Below, in pieces: positions 10,391 to 20,370 of a stretch of DNA of 64,000 nt. The first letter of the stretch is position 1, and each line of letters opens with the position of its first letter. The stretch covers positions 3,328,001 to 3,392,000 of the forward strand of contig OY764216.1 of assembly GCA_963668315.1 (NCBI GenBank), written 5' to 3'. Below the pieces are notes generated by a model. That model was given only the letters and a program-made list of their open reading frames with translations. It did no database searches and was not told the DNA's origin. The stretch is from Spirochaetia bacterium. GTDB taxonomy: Bacteria > Spirochaetota > Spirochaetia > DSM-2461. The translations under genes were made by a program, and so were the position numbers.

Positions 10391-11179
10391 TTGAAAAGAA
10401 ATATTATTACAGTCATTAAAATATTATCATTTATTATAGTATGGTCAGTTTTTGTTGTAATTATGCCAGAAATGCCAACAAAAAACTCTGCAATTATAAG
10501 ATTGTGGTATGAAATATTCCCACTTTTTTCGACAATTGTAATTACGGTAATTTTCTTAATAATTATTGAAAGAAATAAGCTACATGTAGTAATTTTTAAT
10601 AATTTTATTAAGAATGTTAGTTTAGGTATAATTGTAGGAATAGTATGGTTAGCAATACCATTTTTTATATTATTAGTCACGAATAATATTAACTATGCTA
10701 GTAAAATAAATATTGATTATTTTGCTATATGGGTTCTTGCATGTTTTATAAATGTTGTAATGCAAGAACTGTTGGTAAGAGGTTATATCTACCAAATATT
10801 AAAAACTCAATATAATTGGATAATTGCTATTATTGTCACAACATTAATATTTACCGCTTTGCATGGAGGAGCAATTAATGCAGGTGTTATACCAATATTA
10901 AATGTTATAACTATGAGTGTGATGGCAACATTGTTGATGGAATTAACCGGTACATTATCAGCAACAATTGTAAGTCATTTTGTTTGGAATTTTATAGGCT
11001 CAATAATTTTAGGACAAGTAAGCTTAGCAGACGATTATCCAAAAATGATAAAATTTACATCAAAAAATAATATTTTGACTGGTTGGGATTATGGGCTAGA
11101 AGGTAGTTTATTAGTGACAATAATGAATGTAATCTTGATTATGATTTTTTCTATGGCTATTTATAAGAAAAACAGATAA
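10391..11179 (+). CDS. CPBP/Abi (CAAX protease-like) membrane protein, cassette 1
   Basis: Multi-TM; QELLVRG (EExxxR variant), FTALH, SHFVWN motifs. Confidence 0.85.
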   Translation: MKRNIITVIKILSFIIVWSVFVVIMPEMPTKNSAIIRLWYEIFPLFSTIVITVIFLIIIERNKLHVVIFNNFIKNVSLGIIVGIVWLAIPFFILLVTNNINYASKINIDYFAIWVLACFINVVMQELLVRGYIYQILKTQYNWIIAIIVTTLIFTALHGGAINAGVIPILNVITMSVMATLLMELTGTLSATIVSHFVWNFIGSIILGQVSLADDYPKMIKFTSKNNILTGWDYGLEGSLLVTIMNVILIMIFSMAIYKKNR

Positions 11180-11312
11180 AACATTAATAGTTAAAGAGAT
11201 AATAGCGATTAATAAAAAAATGAAAGAAAATCCCAATGGAAGTGAAGCTTGAGGTATCGTAACAACAGAAGAAGTCAATAATAGAGGAAATGAAGAATAA
11301 GAAAAGAGTTCT

Positions 11313-11408
11313 TGATAACAAAGTTTTGCAGCAGTCTTGGCTATGTCACGATTTTTGCAAAGCAAAAATAGCGCCAAATACGCCAAGCAGCTGAAAACGG
11401 CGTTATAT
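11313..11408 (+). repeat. attC site 1
   Basis: TGATAAC-AAAGTTTTGCAGC...GCTGAAAACGGC-GTTATAT with inner ATTTTTGC/GCAAAAAT stem. Confidence 0.85.
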
Positions 11409-11456
11409 AGTTAACGGAATGAAAAAGATAATTTTGATCGAGTAAGGAGATGAATA

Positions 11457-12089
11457 ATGGAACTAGAAAGAGATACACTTACTAGACTAATTCAGTACTT
11501 AAAAGATCATGGCTATCCTGAAGATAGTTTTGCTGTAGAGTATCAAGTCGGTCGCTATCGAGCAGATTTGGTTATTATCGATCCAAAAACTAAAATACCT
11601 CTTATAATATTTGAAATTAAATCTCAGAAAAATAAAAACACTATTGATTTCGGAAAGAATCAACTCACAAAGTTGTCCTCAAACATTAAAGGTGATATAC
11701 CACTTTACCTAGTCTTTCCAAAAAATGAAGAACCATACTTTGAAATAGAGAAAATTGTCATTAAAGATGACAATATTGCAATTGAGAAAGATGTCCCAAT
11801 AACATCTCTGCAATATAAATATCAACGTAATTCGAGGATATCTGAAAAAACGAATGAAAAAGAAAATGATAAAGTAGAAGCAATAGATAAATTATCAATA
11901 GTATGTTGGATTCTAGGATCATTTGTTTTAATTCTGGCAATTGTTAATAAATTTACTCAATTCAATCTTGAAGCTACAGACATTAGTTTATTAGGTGTAT
12001 CAATTGGACTTTTCATAATTCCATTTGCCAGCAAGATAAAAATTCTTGGCATGGAGTTTGAAAGGTTAAAAAAGGATAAGAATGAATAA
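11457..12089 (+). CDS. HsdR-N-like PD-(D/E)xK domain + 2 C-terminal TM helices (cassette 2, gene 1)
   Basis: GYPEDSFAVEY..RADLVI..IFEIK; two hydrophobic helices then KIKILGMEFE; RBS AAGGAG. Confidence 0.75.
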   Translation: MELERDTLTRLIQYLKDHGYPEDSFAVEYQVGRYRADLVIIDPKTKIPLIIFEIKSQKNKNTIDFGKNQLTKLSSNIKGDIPLYLVFPKNEEPYFEIEKIVIKDDNIAIEKDVPITSLQYKYQRNSRISEKTNEKENDKVEAIDKLSIVCWILGSFVLILAIVNKFTQFNLEATDISLLGVSIGLFIIPFASKIKILGMEFERLKKDKNE

Positions 12090-12352
12090 TGATATTAACA
12101 AAAAATGATTATTATGATTTAGAAAAATTTTTTCTTGAATATAAAAGTAATGAATATTATTACATGGATATAGATCCTATTAACTATTTTGGAGAAAAAC
12201 CATATTTACTTTTCCCAAGTCATTTCTGCGAATGTAGAAAGCTTCTCTTTGACGAATATTTATGGAATATAGAATATGATTGGGAAAAAGATGATGATAA
12301 TACAATTTTTGAAGAGACTAAAACATATAAGAAGATTAAGAAGGCAATTATT

Positions 12353-13700
12353 GATAGTGTCCAGCCATGTTCGCAACTTTCCTTTCAAGAAGCCATCAAA
12401 ATTCCCCATTAGGCAGCCTGACCTAATTTAATTCTTTGTTCATCAATCGATTTCTCACTGATATACCGTTTTCCCGAAGCCCAGTCTTCTGAGTATTCAA
12501 TCAGGTAACAACAGACTAGTCTAAGGTAGGAGTCAATACTGGGAAAGATTCCCACAACACGAGATCGTCTACGGATTTCCCGATTCAATCGTTCCAGTTG
12601 ATTGGTAGAAGCAGTTTTCCGGCTGTCTATTTCTGAGAATTCATAATACTGAAGAGAGTCTTCTAATCCGTCTTCAAGACAAGTCATGGACTTCGGAAAT
12701 TGTTCTTCAAATTCCTCTATAATTCGGTATGCATATTCACGGGCCGATTGGGAGTTCGGTTGATTCCAAATCTGCTTAATTCTGCCGGCAACAGCTTCTT
12801 TATCCCTGGCAGGAAGATGGGACAGGATGTTCCTCATAAAATGGATTTTACAGCGTTGCCAGGAGCAACCGATGAGTTCCTTTCTTATGGCGGCTTGAAG
12901 TCCCAGATGGGCATCAGAGACACAGAGCCAGGCATTTTTAAATCCTCTTGCTTTAAGAGACCTGAACAGTTCGGTATAAGTGCTTTCTGATTCTTCCTGC
13001 ATTGGTTCAACAGCAAGGATTTCTTTGAATCCTTGTGAATTAACACCAGATACAACCATCACAGCCATATTTCTCACTCTTCCGTTATACCGGATCTTTT
13101 CATAGAGGGCATCAACCCAGATGACAGGATATTCTGAATCAAGAGATCGATAGCGGAATTCATCTACCTGTTCATCAAGTCCCTTATTGATTTCAGAGAC
13201 CTGGCTGGCTGAAATATTTTCAATGCCCAGACTCATAGCCAATTTCTCAATCTTTCTGGTTGAAACACCGTTGATAAATGCTTCCTGGACAACCTGAATC
13301 AGAGCTTGCTCGGATCTCTTCTTTTCTGTTACAAAGAAGGGAATATATCCGCCTTTTCTGAGCTTGGGGACAAGGAGATACAGTGTTCCAAGACGAGTAT
13401 CAAATCGGCGTGGTCGATATCCAGAAAAATGGGTGGATCTTCCCGTAGAATGAGACCCCTTTTGAGCTCCTACTTTATTCGCCGCTTCTATTTCCATAAG
13501 CTTTTCCAGTAGCCATTTCAATAAGCTGAAAATGGGATCCGGTTCCGAAATGAATTGGAGTAGCATTTTTTCCAGATTACCATTATCATTTTCCTTAGCC
13601 ATCGTTTTCTTCCTCCATGGTTTTAGTTGTGCATTACCATTCTGGAGAATTCGATGGCTTCTTTCAATAATTAAAATTGCGAACTTGATTGTACGCTATC
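12353..13700 (-). mobile_element. IS256-family element, type B copy 2
   Basis: Same ends and length as copy 1; 8-bp duplication CAATTATT at 12345-12352 and 13701-13708. Confidence 0.95.
12409..13602 (-). CDS. IS256-family transposase
   Basis: Protein identical to 7875..9068. Confidence 0.95.
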   Translation of the reverse strand: MAKENDNGNLEKMLLQFISEPDPIFSLLKWLLEKLMEIEAANKVGAQKGSHSTGRSTHFSGYRPRRFDTRLGTLYLLVPKLRKGGYIPFFVTEKKRSEQALIQVVQEAFINGVSTRKIEKLAMSLGIENISASQVSEINKGLDEQVDEFRYRSLDSEYPVIWVDALYEKIRYNGRVRNMAVMVVSGVNSQGFKEILAVEPMQEESESTYTELFRSLKARGFKNAWLCVSDAHLGLQAAIRKELIGCSWQRCKIHFMRNILSHLPARDKEAVAGRIKQIWNQPNSQSAREYAYRIIEEFEEQFPKSMTCLEDGLEDSLQYYEFSEIDSRKTASTNQLERLNREIRRRSRVVGIFPSIDSYLRLVCCYLIEYSEDWASGKRYISEKSIDEQRIKLGQAA

Positions 13701-14421
13701 CAATTATTGATACAGATATTTTTATAGAATCAATAGGTGTATCAGAAAAAAAAGATTTTATGAATCGTGATATTGAGTATGCATTCCAAAATTCAAGAAC
13801 CGGTTCATGGTATTGGCTCGATGGTATTCAAAATGATGAATTACTTCTTCATGGATATGATTCTAGAAGAATTGAACTTGAAGAAATTCTATCATCAATA
13901 TCAAAGAATATTAAAAATCCAGATTCTAATGCTAACTCAATTATTTATCCAAGATCTTATATTGATCTAAATTATCGAATTATTAATAATTACAAGGAAT
14001 GTACCGAAAAAACACTTTTAGATCTCCATAACGGAAAGAAATCACTATTAGATCTAAATCCATTTGAGTTTGAAGATATTATCGCAGAACTATTAGAAAA
14101 TATTGGTCTAGAAATTTTCAAAACACCCAAAACAAATGATGGAGGCAGAGATCTAGTAGCTAGAGGAGAAATTGCTCCAGGATTTCCAGTCAATATTGCA
14201 GTTGAAGTGAAAAGAAAACCTATCGTTAATATTGGTGATTTAAGAAGTGCATTATATGCAAATAGAAATTTTCCGAAACTTATGTTTGTAACTGCTGGTC
14301 AATTTTCTGCTGGTATATATAAAAGCAGAGAATTAGAAGAAAATTTTTATAGGTTAGATCTAAGAGATGGAATAGCAATTTCTCAATTAATTAGTGGGTA
14401 CTTTGGAGATAAAAAATAACT

Positions 14422-14529
14422 ATATAACAATGAATTGAAGTTGAATTTCCTATGTCATAAATCCTGCTTTTCTGCTGCGCAGGCAGGATTTTCGCCATTT
14501 ACGGAAATCAACTTAATTCGGCGTTCTAA
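14422..14529 (+). repeat. attC site 2
   Basis: AACTATATAAC complements GTTATATAGTT at 11402; GAATTGAAGTTGA / TCAACTTAATTC stem; R' GTTCTAA. Confidence 0.9.
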
Positions 14530-14612
14530 AGACAAAAAATCATTATCGAAGAGATAAAAGAAGTAAGACAGATAGTAGAAATCATTTTGACCTGATCGAA
14601 TGATGATGGAGT

Positions 14613-15395
14613 TTGGAAATGAGTGTCATCGTTGAGAAAGAATATATAAAAGAAATTCCAATTATAAAAGTATTTAATTCACACTCTATTAAACCATTAC
14701 CAGTAATTCTTATGTTACATGGAGCAACCGGGAGAAAAGAGGATAATCTAGATAGAGCAAAGTGGTTTGCGAATGAAGGTTTTTTTATTGTATTGTTCGA
14801 TGCTTATGAGCATGGAGAATTAAAGTCAAATAACAGAAACGAGATTGAAGATATTGAAAAAATATTTAAATTATATTTAGAAACATCTAAATATATAACA
14901 ACTATAATAAATTATTTTATGACACAAAATAGTATTGGTGATTTTAGAAAAGTAGGATTAATTGGTTTTTCAATGGGAGCACATACTGTTTACTATCATA
15001 TTTTAAAAGAACGACATAGTAATATAAAAATTGCTATAGCAGTGATAGGTTCACCGGTATGGCGAAGTTTTGTAAAACGTTTTGTTTCTATGATTATAAA
15101 TCTAAAAACATCTTATAATGATATTATTATCAAAGAAAAAGAAGAAAAAATTTCAGAAATCCAACCAATAAAGTTTATCGATAATATTCAGGAATTACCA
15201 TTAATAATGCTCAATGGTGAGTTAGATGATAAAATACCAATACAAGAAATTGAAGATTCATATAATAAATTGAAACTGAGATATAGAGAAAAAAGTAAAA
15301 TTGAGTATATAAAATATAAAAACACAGGTCATAAAGTTACAGATAATATGATAGAAACTGCATTGAATAGGTTTAAAAAGTATTTATTTATATAG
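14613..15395 (+). CDS. Alpha/beta hydrolase (esterase), cassette 3
   Basis: LHG, GFSMG nucleophile, NGELDD, GH catalytic His. Confidence 0.88.
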   Translation: MEMSVIVEKEYIKEIPIIKVFNSHSIKPLPVILMLHGATGRKEDNLDRAKWFANEGFFIVLFDAYEHGELKSNNRNEIEDIEKIFKLYLETSKYITTIINYFMTQNSIGDFRKVGLIGFSMGAHTVYYHILKERHSNIKIAIAVIGSPVWRSFVKRFVSMIINLKTSYNDIIIKEKEEKISEIQPIKFIDNIQELPLIMLNGELDDKIPIQEIEDSYNKLKLRYREKSKIEYIKYKNTGHKVTDNMIETALNRFKKYLFI

Positions 15396-15449
15396 TGATA
15401 TTGAATTAAAGATTTACCATAGCTGTGGAGCAATGGCATGATAAATGCT

Positions 15450-15558
15450 TTAGAACAAGCTTTTGAAGTTGTCAAATCTTTTTGTCATGTAAATTGCTTT
15501 TCGCAATTTACACGCCAAACCCTACGGGTCAGCTTTGCAACTTAAAAGGGCGTTAGCC
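15450..15558 (+). repeat. attC site 3
   Basis: CTTTAGAAC complements GTTCTAAAG; CTTTTGAAGTTG / CAACTTAAAAG stem; R' GTTAGCC. Confidence 0.9.
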
Positions 15559-15575
15559 AGACAGTAAAAGGAAGG

Positions 15576-16673
15576 GTGAAATTAATGATGAATGAGGATA
15601 TAATTCTAATTCCCAATTTTCCATTCTCGAAAAAATATATTGATCAAATTATTTCAATCCTAAATTATCATGATCCATTTGTAATATTAGCAATTGATGA
15701 CGAAGCAAAAAAATACTCTATTTTTCATAACGCCTACACAAAAGATGTATTAGAATATAATTTTATTGCTCATATCGATCGAAATATAATTACCTATGCT
15801 TTTCAATTCATAAAATCTGAAAACAGAACGATCAAACAACAACAACTTGCTCTATCTTGTTTTCTATACTTAAATTTGCTTGAAGCAAAATATGAATTAT
15901 CTCAACCTGTATTAGAATTATTACATAGTACAGAGAATGCTAATAGAACGAAAAATGAAATTATATCATGGAATCAATTTATCGATTTTCTGCACTCGGA
16001 TAATATTAAGTATATTCTTGATTTCATTTTTGAAGGTATAAATAAATTACCTAAATTAAGTGAAATAACAGATAAAGAAAAGCTACAAATTAAGCAATTA
16101 GATATTTCTGATATTGAACCGCCCATAAGTTGGTATTCTGCCTATATTCATTTATTGAAACTATCAATTATTCAAAAAGAGAATAAAGGATCAATCGAAA
16201 GTATAAGTGAATATTTTAATTGGATAATTACAGAATATAAATCTGATGCTTCTTGTATATATTTTTCGTTTATATTCTTCTCGAATAAACATGAATATAA
16301 AAAAATATATAATGAGAAAACTAGAATTATGAATTTGGCTTGGGATCTTTCACACGTTACAAATTGGTTTCGAGATTCTATTAAACATATAAATGATGAA
16401 AAGATTATTGATATTCTTGTTACTCATGATGGAATGTTGAAGGATATTGCAAATCTCTTATCAGAAGAGTGTAAAATATCAGCAAATGCAGGACGAAAGA
16501 AATGTAAATTTTTGGAATTATACTATTCAAGAAATGATGTAGATAGAATAAATGAATTGTATAATTCCTATGTAAATAATTTAAAATCTGACAATCGAAC
16601 CCCAAAAACCATTAATGATATTGAACAAAAGAAAGGTATAATTGCAGATTTAGAATTAGAGTTATTTGGATAA
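15576..16673 (+). CDS. Hypothetical protein with PIN-like acidic motifs, cassette 4
   Basis: IDRNII, NLAWD and LVTHD are spaced as in PIN-like nucleases; the ORF fills the cassette. Confidence 0.6.
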   Translation: MKLMMNEDIILIPNFPFSKKYIDQIISILNYHDPFVILAIDDEAKKYSIFHNAYTKDVLEYNFIAHIDRNIITYAFQFIKSENRTIKQQQLALSCFLYLNLLEAKYELSQPVLELLHSTENANRTKNEIISWNQFIDFLHSDNIKYILDFIFEGINKLPKLSEITDKEKLQIKQLDISDIEPPISWYSAYIHLLKLSIIQKENKGSIESISEYFNWIITEYKSDASCIYFSFIFFSNKHEYKKIYNEKTRIMNLAWDLSHVTNWFRDSIKHINDEKIIDILVTHDGMLKDIANLLSEECKISANAGRKKCKFLELYYSRNDVDRINELYNSYVNNLKSDNRTPKTINDIEQKKGIIADLELELFG

Positions 16674-16683
16674 TTTATTGGCT

Positions 16684-16792
16684 GGCTAACAAGCTTTTGA
16701 AGTTGTCAAATCTTGTTGTCATGTAAATTGCTATTCGCAATTTACACGCCAACCCCTTCGGGACAGCTTTGCAACTTAAAAGGGCGTTATAC
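16684..16792 (+). repeat. attC site 4 (near-identical to site 3)
   Basis: CTGGCTAAC complements GTTAGCCAG; R' GTTATAC. Confidence 0.9.
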
Positions 16793-16911
16793 GAATTCTT
16801 GAATAATATACGAACATATTCTAATGAAAAAAAGATAAAAAAAATTCCAAGAAAGAAAAATGAAAAAATAAGATAAAAACAAAGAATAGAAGAAAAAAAA
16901 GGCAAGAATCA

Positions 16912-16940
16912 TTGACTTACACAATCCAATGTGTGAAAAT
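16912..16940 (+). promoter_or_regulatory. Putative vapBC promoter/operator
   Basis: TTGACT-17bp-GAAAAT with an ACACA/TGTGT inverted repeat in the spacer. Confidence 0.5.
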
Positions 16941-16964
16941 GTAAATATAAAGGAGCAAATATCT

Positions 16965-17165
16965 ATGGCAACGAATTTAGCAATTGAAGATGAGCTTCTA
17001 ATCGAAGCTCAAAAAATAGCAGGATTTAGAACAAAAAAAGAAACTGTAAATTCTGCCCTAAAAGAATTTATTGAAAGAAGAAAACAGATTGAAATAGTCG
17101 ATCTATTTGGATCAATAGACTATGAAGAAGATTATGATTATAAATCTGAACGAAATAGAAAATGA
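16965..17165 (+). CDS. vapB: VapB-type antitoxin, cassette 5
   Basis: MATNLAIEDELL..A....G..TKKETVN.AL.EFI; RBS AAGGAG precedes ATG 16965. Confidence 0.88.
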   Translation: MATNLAIEDELLIEAQKIAGFRTKKETVNSALKEFIERRKQIEIVDLFGSIDYEEDYDYKSERNRK

Positions 17166-17587
17166 ATATATTAGTTGATACTTCAGTTTGGTCCCTTGCA
17201 TTTAGGAAAAAGACTTTAACAAATGAAGAAAATAAAATAGTCAATGAATTAAAAGAATTAATATTTGAGAAAAGAGTTCAAATCATAGGCCCAATTCGTC
17301 AAGAATTATTGTCCGGGATTAAAAATCCTATGACTTTTGAAATATTGAAAAATAAAATGCATGCTTTTGAAGATGAAATCCTAGAATCATATGATTATGA
17401 AAAAGCAGCAGAAATCAATAATTTATGTAGAAGTAAAGGAATTCAAGGTTCTCATATTGATTATTTGATAGCATCAGCAGCGATAAATAGAAATATTGCA
17501 ATATTTACAACAGACAAAGATTTCAATAATTATTCTTCCGTAATAGAAATGAAACTTCATTCAATAAGAAAAGAAATAGAAGAATAA
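17162..17587 (+). CDS. vapC: VapC PIN-domain toxin
   Basis: LVDTSVW, QELLSG, IDYLIA, FTTDKDF; ATGA overlap with the antitoxin. Confidence 0.92.
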   Translation: MNILVDTSVWSLAFRKKTLTNEENKIVNELKELIFEKRVQIIGPIRQELLSGIKNPMTFEILKNKMHAFEDEILESYDYEKAAEINNLCRSKGIQGSHIDYLIASAAINRNIAIFTTDKDFNNYSSVIEMKLHSIRKEIEE

Positions 17588-17619
17588 AGAAAGACCATTT
17601 AAAGAAAAAAAAGAAAATC

Positions 17620-17717
17620 GTATAACAATGAATTGGAGCCGAATTGCCTATGTCACATTTCTTGCTATTCGCAAGAAATCCGCCATGGACGGCAATCAGC
17701 TCAATTCGGCGTTCTAT
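17620..17717 (+). repeat. attC site 5
   Basis: TCGTATAAC complements GTTATACGA; GAATTGGAGC / GCTCAATTC stem; R' GTTCTAT. Confidence 0.9.
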
Positions 17718-18174
17718 AGACTAGGGTATGTTCATTTATCATCCTTGTAAAATTGGTCTTTGACATGCATTCAGTTTTCTGCCTCCGGGTGGGAGAATAA
17801 TTTTGGGCTTTAAACCCCAGTGGGAGAATCGCGTTGGAGAACTCAGGGCCCCCCCGGAGGGAGATCCTCTCTGGTTTTTTTTCATAGTATTCTGTGCTGT
17901 CTACGCGACCCTGGGGAAAGAATAGAAATATGGAATTTAACCCCAGGGATGAAGAATGTGGAACGAACCTCCGGTGGAAGATTATTTTTTGGTTTTTTTT
18001 CTTTGTATTTCCTTATACTGGGGGTATGATTAATTGCTTCAGCTGCAGCAAAGGGATGGGCAATAATGGTGTTATATTGAAAACAGTATAATTCTATTAA
18101 AGTTGTAGATTTGCTGTATTCAATACTACATTCGTCTGCTATCCATTTTAATGAAACCATTTTCGGAGATTAAT

Positions 18175-18675
18175 ATGAAACGTGTAATTATTATCTTATT
18201 TGTAAGTTTAATCTTATCAAATTTATTCTCAGAAGAAATTGTCACGTTAAATGATGGAAGAAAAATCATTGTCTATGATGATCATACCTGGATTGAATAC
18301 TCAGATAATAATCTATCAATTGAAGATATAGTAAATAAAAATAAACAATATTTACGTTCAGATATTTCTGCTTCACAAGATGAGGTTTCAGTTGCTTGTG
18401 AGATGTATGAGCAAGGATGGACATATACAATGCCAAGACCGAAAAGTGCCAAAGCAGCTTGGGGTGTTTCAGATGGACGAACAACTTGGTATAACGGTTG
18501 GTGGTATAATTCAAAAACAAATTTATACTCGGATTCAACACCAGAAAAATCATCAAGTGGACTTTTCTTAGGAGATGGGCAAAATAGCTCACATACATGG
18601 CGTAATGGGGGGGCACCTAGACGACCAGATATTTTTATGTTCTTGCTCTCTAGCTCAGGTGGTCCACGCTTTTAG
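18175..18675 (+). CDS. Secreted protein with DUF3157-like N-terminus (cassette 6)
   Basis: Signal peptide MKRVIIILFVSLILSNLFS then EIVTLNDGRKIIVYDDHTW; RBS GGAG before ATG 18175. Confidence 0.7.
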   Translation: MKRVIIILFVSLILSNLFSEEIVTLNDGRKIIVYDDHTWIEYSDNNLSIEDIVNKNKQYLRSDISASQDEVSVACEMYEQGWTYTMPRPKSAKAAWGVSDGRTTWYNGWWYNSKTNLYSDSTPEKSSSGLFLGDGQNSSHTWRNGGAPRRPDIFMFLLSSSGGPRF

Positions 18676-18703
18676 ATAATTATCATAATGTTTGAGGTAA
18701 GCA

Positions 18704-19507
18704 ATGATAACGCGAAAAAGAATCTTTAAGATAATTGAAAAAGCAGAGAATAATGATATCGCAAGCAAGATATTTGATATTTCCATTATCATCTTAATTG
18801 TACTAAATGTTTTTGCAATAATTTTACAATCATTCAAAGATATCGCAGATTCCTATTATGGCTTGTTTAGATTCTTTGAAATATTCTCGGTTATAATTTT
18901 TTCTATAGAAATTTTATTAAGAATAATTACTTGTGACTTAAAGTTCCCGGAAAAAAGATGGTTTCTTTCATTCATTAAATATTCTTTCTCATTCATGGCT
19001 ATAATTGATCTGTTGGCTATTTTACCGTTTTATCTTCCTATCTTAATTCCGATTGATCTAAGGTTTTTAAGAGTATTACGATTAACGAGAATCCTTCGAA
19101 TATTAAAAGTCAATCGATATAGTAAATCCTTAGATTTGATTGGAAAAGTATTATATAAAAAGAAATATGAATTATTAGTCACAATTTTCATAACATCAAT
19201 TCTGTTATTGTTAGCTTCATCGATGATGTATTATTTAGAAAATGATGCCCAGCCTGATTCATTTCCCAATATCATCGCATCATTTTGGTGGGCAATTGCT
19301 ACCCTTACGACTGTAGGATATGGTGATGTTTATCCCATTACTATTCTTGGTAAAATAACTAGCGGTATTATAGCATTGTTAGGAATTGGACTAGTTGCTC
19401 TGCCTACAGGTATAATAAGTTCTGGTTTCATGGAGATAATTTCAGAAGAAAAAGAAAAGGATAATGATTATAAGTATTGTCCTGATTGTGGACGAAGATT
19501 GGATTAA
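18704..19507 (+). CDS. Voltage-gated-type potassium channel (cassette 6)
   Basis: S4 RFLRVLRLTRILRILK, filter TTVGYGD, C-terminal CPDCG. Confidence 0.93.
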   Translation: MITRKRIFKIIEKAENNDIASKIFDISIIILIVLNVFAIILQSFKDIADSYYGLFRFFEIFSVIIFSIEILLRIITCDLKFPEKRWFLSFIKYSFSFMAIIDLLAILPFYLPILIPIDLRFLRVLRLTRILRILKVNRYSKSLDLIGKVLYKKKYELLVTIFITSILLLLASSMMYYLENDAQPDSFPNIIASFWWAIATLTTVGYGDVYPITILGKITSGIIALLGIGLVALPTGIISSGFMEIISEEKEKDNDYKYCPDCGRRLD

Positions 19508-19512
19508 TAGCT

Positions 19513-19618
19513 ATAGAACAAAGTTTTGCTACTGTCAATTTTTCTGGCACGTATTTTGTTTTCACAAAATAAGCGCCAGCCCTTCGGGACAAAATTGCAG
19601 CAGAAAACGGCGTTATAT
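19513..19618 (+). repeat. attC site 6
   Basis: CTATAGAAC complements GTTCTATAG; GTTTTGCT / AGAAAAC stem; R' GTTATAT. Confidence 0.88.
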
Positions 19619-19635
19619 GTATTAAGGAGTTTTAA

Positions 19636-20370
19636 GTGAACCCAATTGCAAGAAATGCGATGAATAAAACACTGTATAAATACTTAAGTGCAGAAAATGC
19701 TCTGAAAACATTAGAAACCCTTAAAATAAAAATAACAAAACCTAAAGAATTAAATGATCCATATGAAATAGTACCATCATTATCAAATGTCTCAGAAAAA
19801 TTAAAAAAAATACTTATAGACCTTACAAGTGAGATGAAAAAAAGGACAGCAATTTACTGCCTGTCTGGAAATGAATTAAATAACTTAATGTGGGCACATT
19901 ATGCGAACAATTATTCAGGTATTTGTATTGGATTTAATTCAAAATTGCTAGAAAAAATTAATTTATATGAAGTGATATATGATGTTAGTCGGCCGACAAT
20001 CGATGAAAAAATCATTCAAAATAGAATAAGAGATGAAGCTATGAAGTACATTTTGAAATTAATGCTTACAAAAAGTTATAAATGGAAAGATGAAAAAGAA
20101 TTTCGTTTTCTTTTTGATTTAGATGAAGAAGAAATCACAAGAACTATTATTTTAGAAAAGATTAATATTATATGTATTAATGAGATTATAATAGGACCTC
20201 GAATTAGTATAGACGATCTTAAAGAATTAAAATCCATATTAGAAAAACCAATTTTTTCCCATATAGAAGTTTATGGGCTAGAATTCTTTGATAATACTTC
20301 ATATGAATTAAAAAAATATCAAATACTCCTAAATGATTTAATTAATTATAAAAATAAACTTGATATATAA
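19636..20370 (+). CDS. DUF2971-domain protein (cassette 7)
   Basis: LYKY, LNDPYE, LMWAHYANNYSGICIGF, KSYKWKDEKEFR motifs. Confidence 0.85.
   Translation: MNPIARNAMNKTLYKYLSAENALKTLETLKIKITKPKELNDPYEIVPSLSNVSEKLKKILIDLTSEMKKRTAIYCLSGNELNNLMWAHYANNYSGICIGFNSKLLEKINLYEVIYDVSRPTIDEKIIQNRIRDEAMKYILKLMLTKSYKWKDEKEFRFLFDLDEEEITRTIILEKINIICINEIIIGPRISIDDLKELKSILEKPIFSHIEVYGLEFFDNTSYELKKYQILLNDLINYKNKLDI

Larger units (their letters stand above)
12089..14419 (+). pseudogene. Mrr-like restriction endonuclease (~324 aa) split by IS256 (cassette 2, gene 2)
   Basis: Removing the IS and one CAATTATT rejoins KKAII-DTDIF in frame. C-terminus LNPFEFEDIIAELL..TPKTNDGGRDL..VEVKR..FVTAGQFS is Mrr_cat-like. Confidence 0.85.

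Noticed and set aside
12089..12412. 107-aa ORF in the track
   Set aside because: N-terminal 88 codons of the split nuclease reading into the IS end.
13532..14419. 295-aa ORF in the track
   Set aside because: Chimera of IS256 antisense sequence and the C-terminal part of the split Mrr-like gene.
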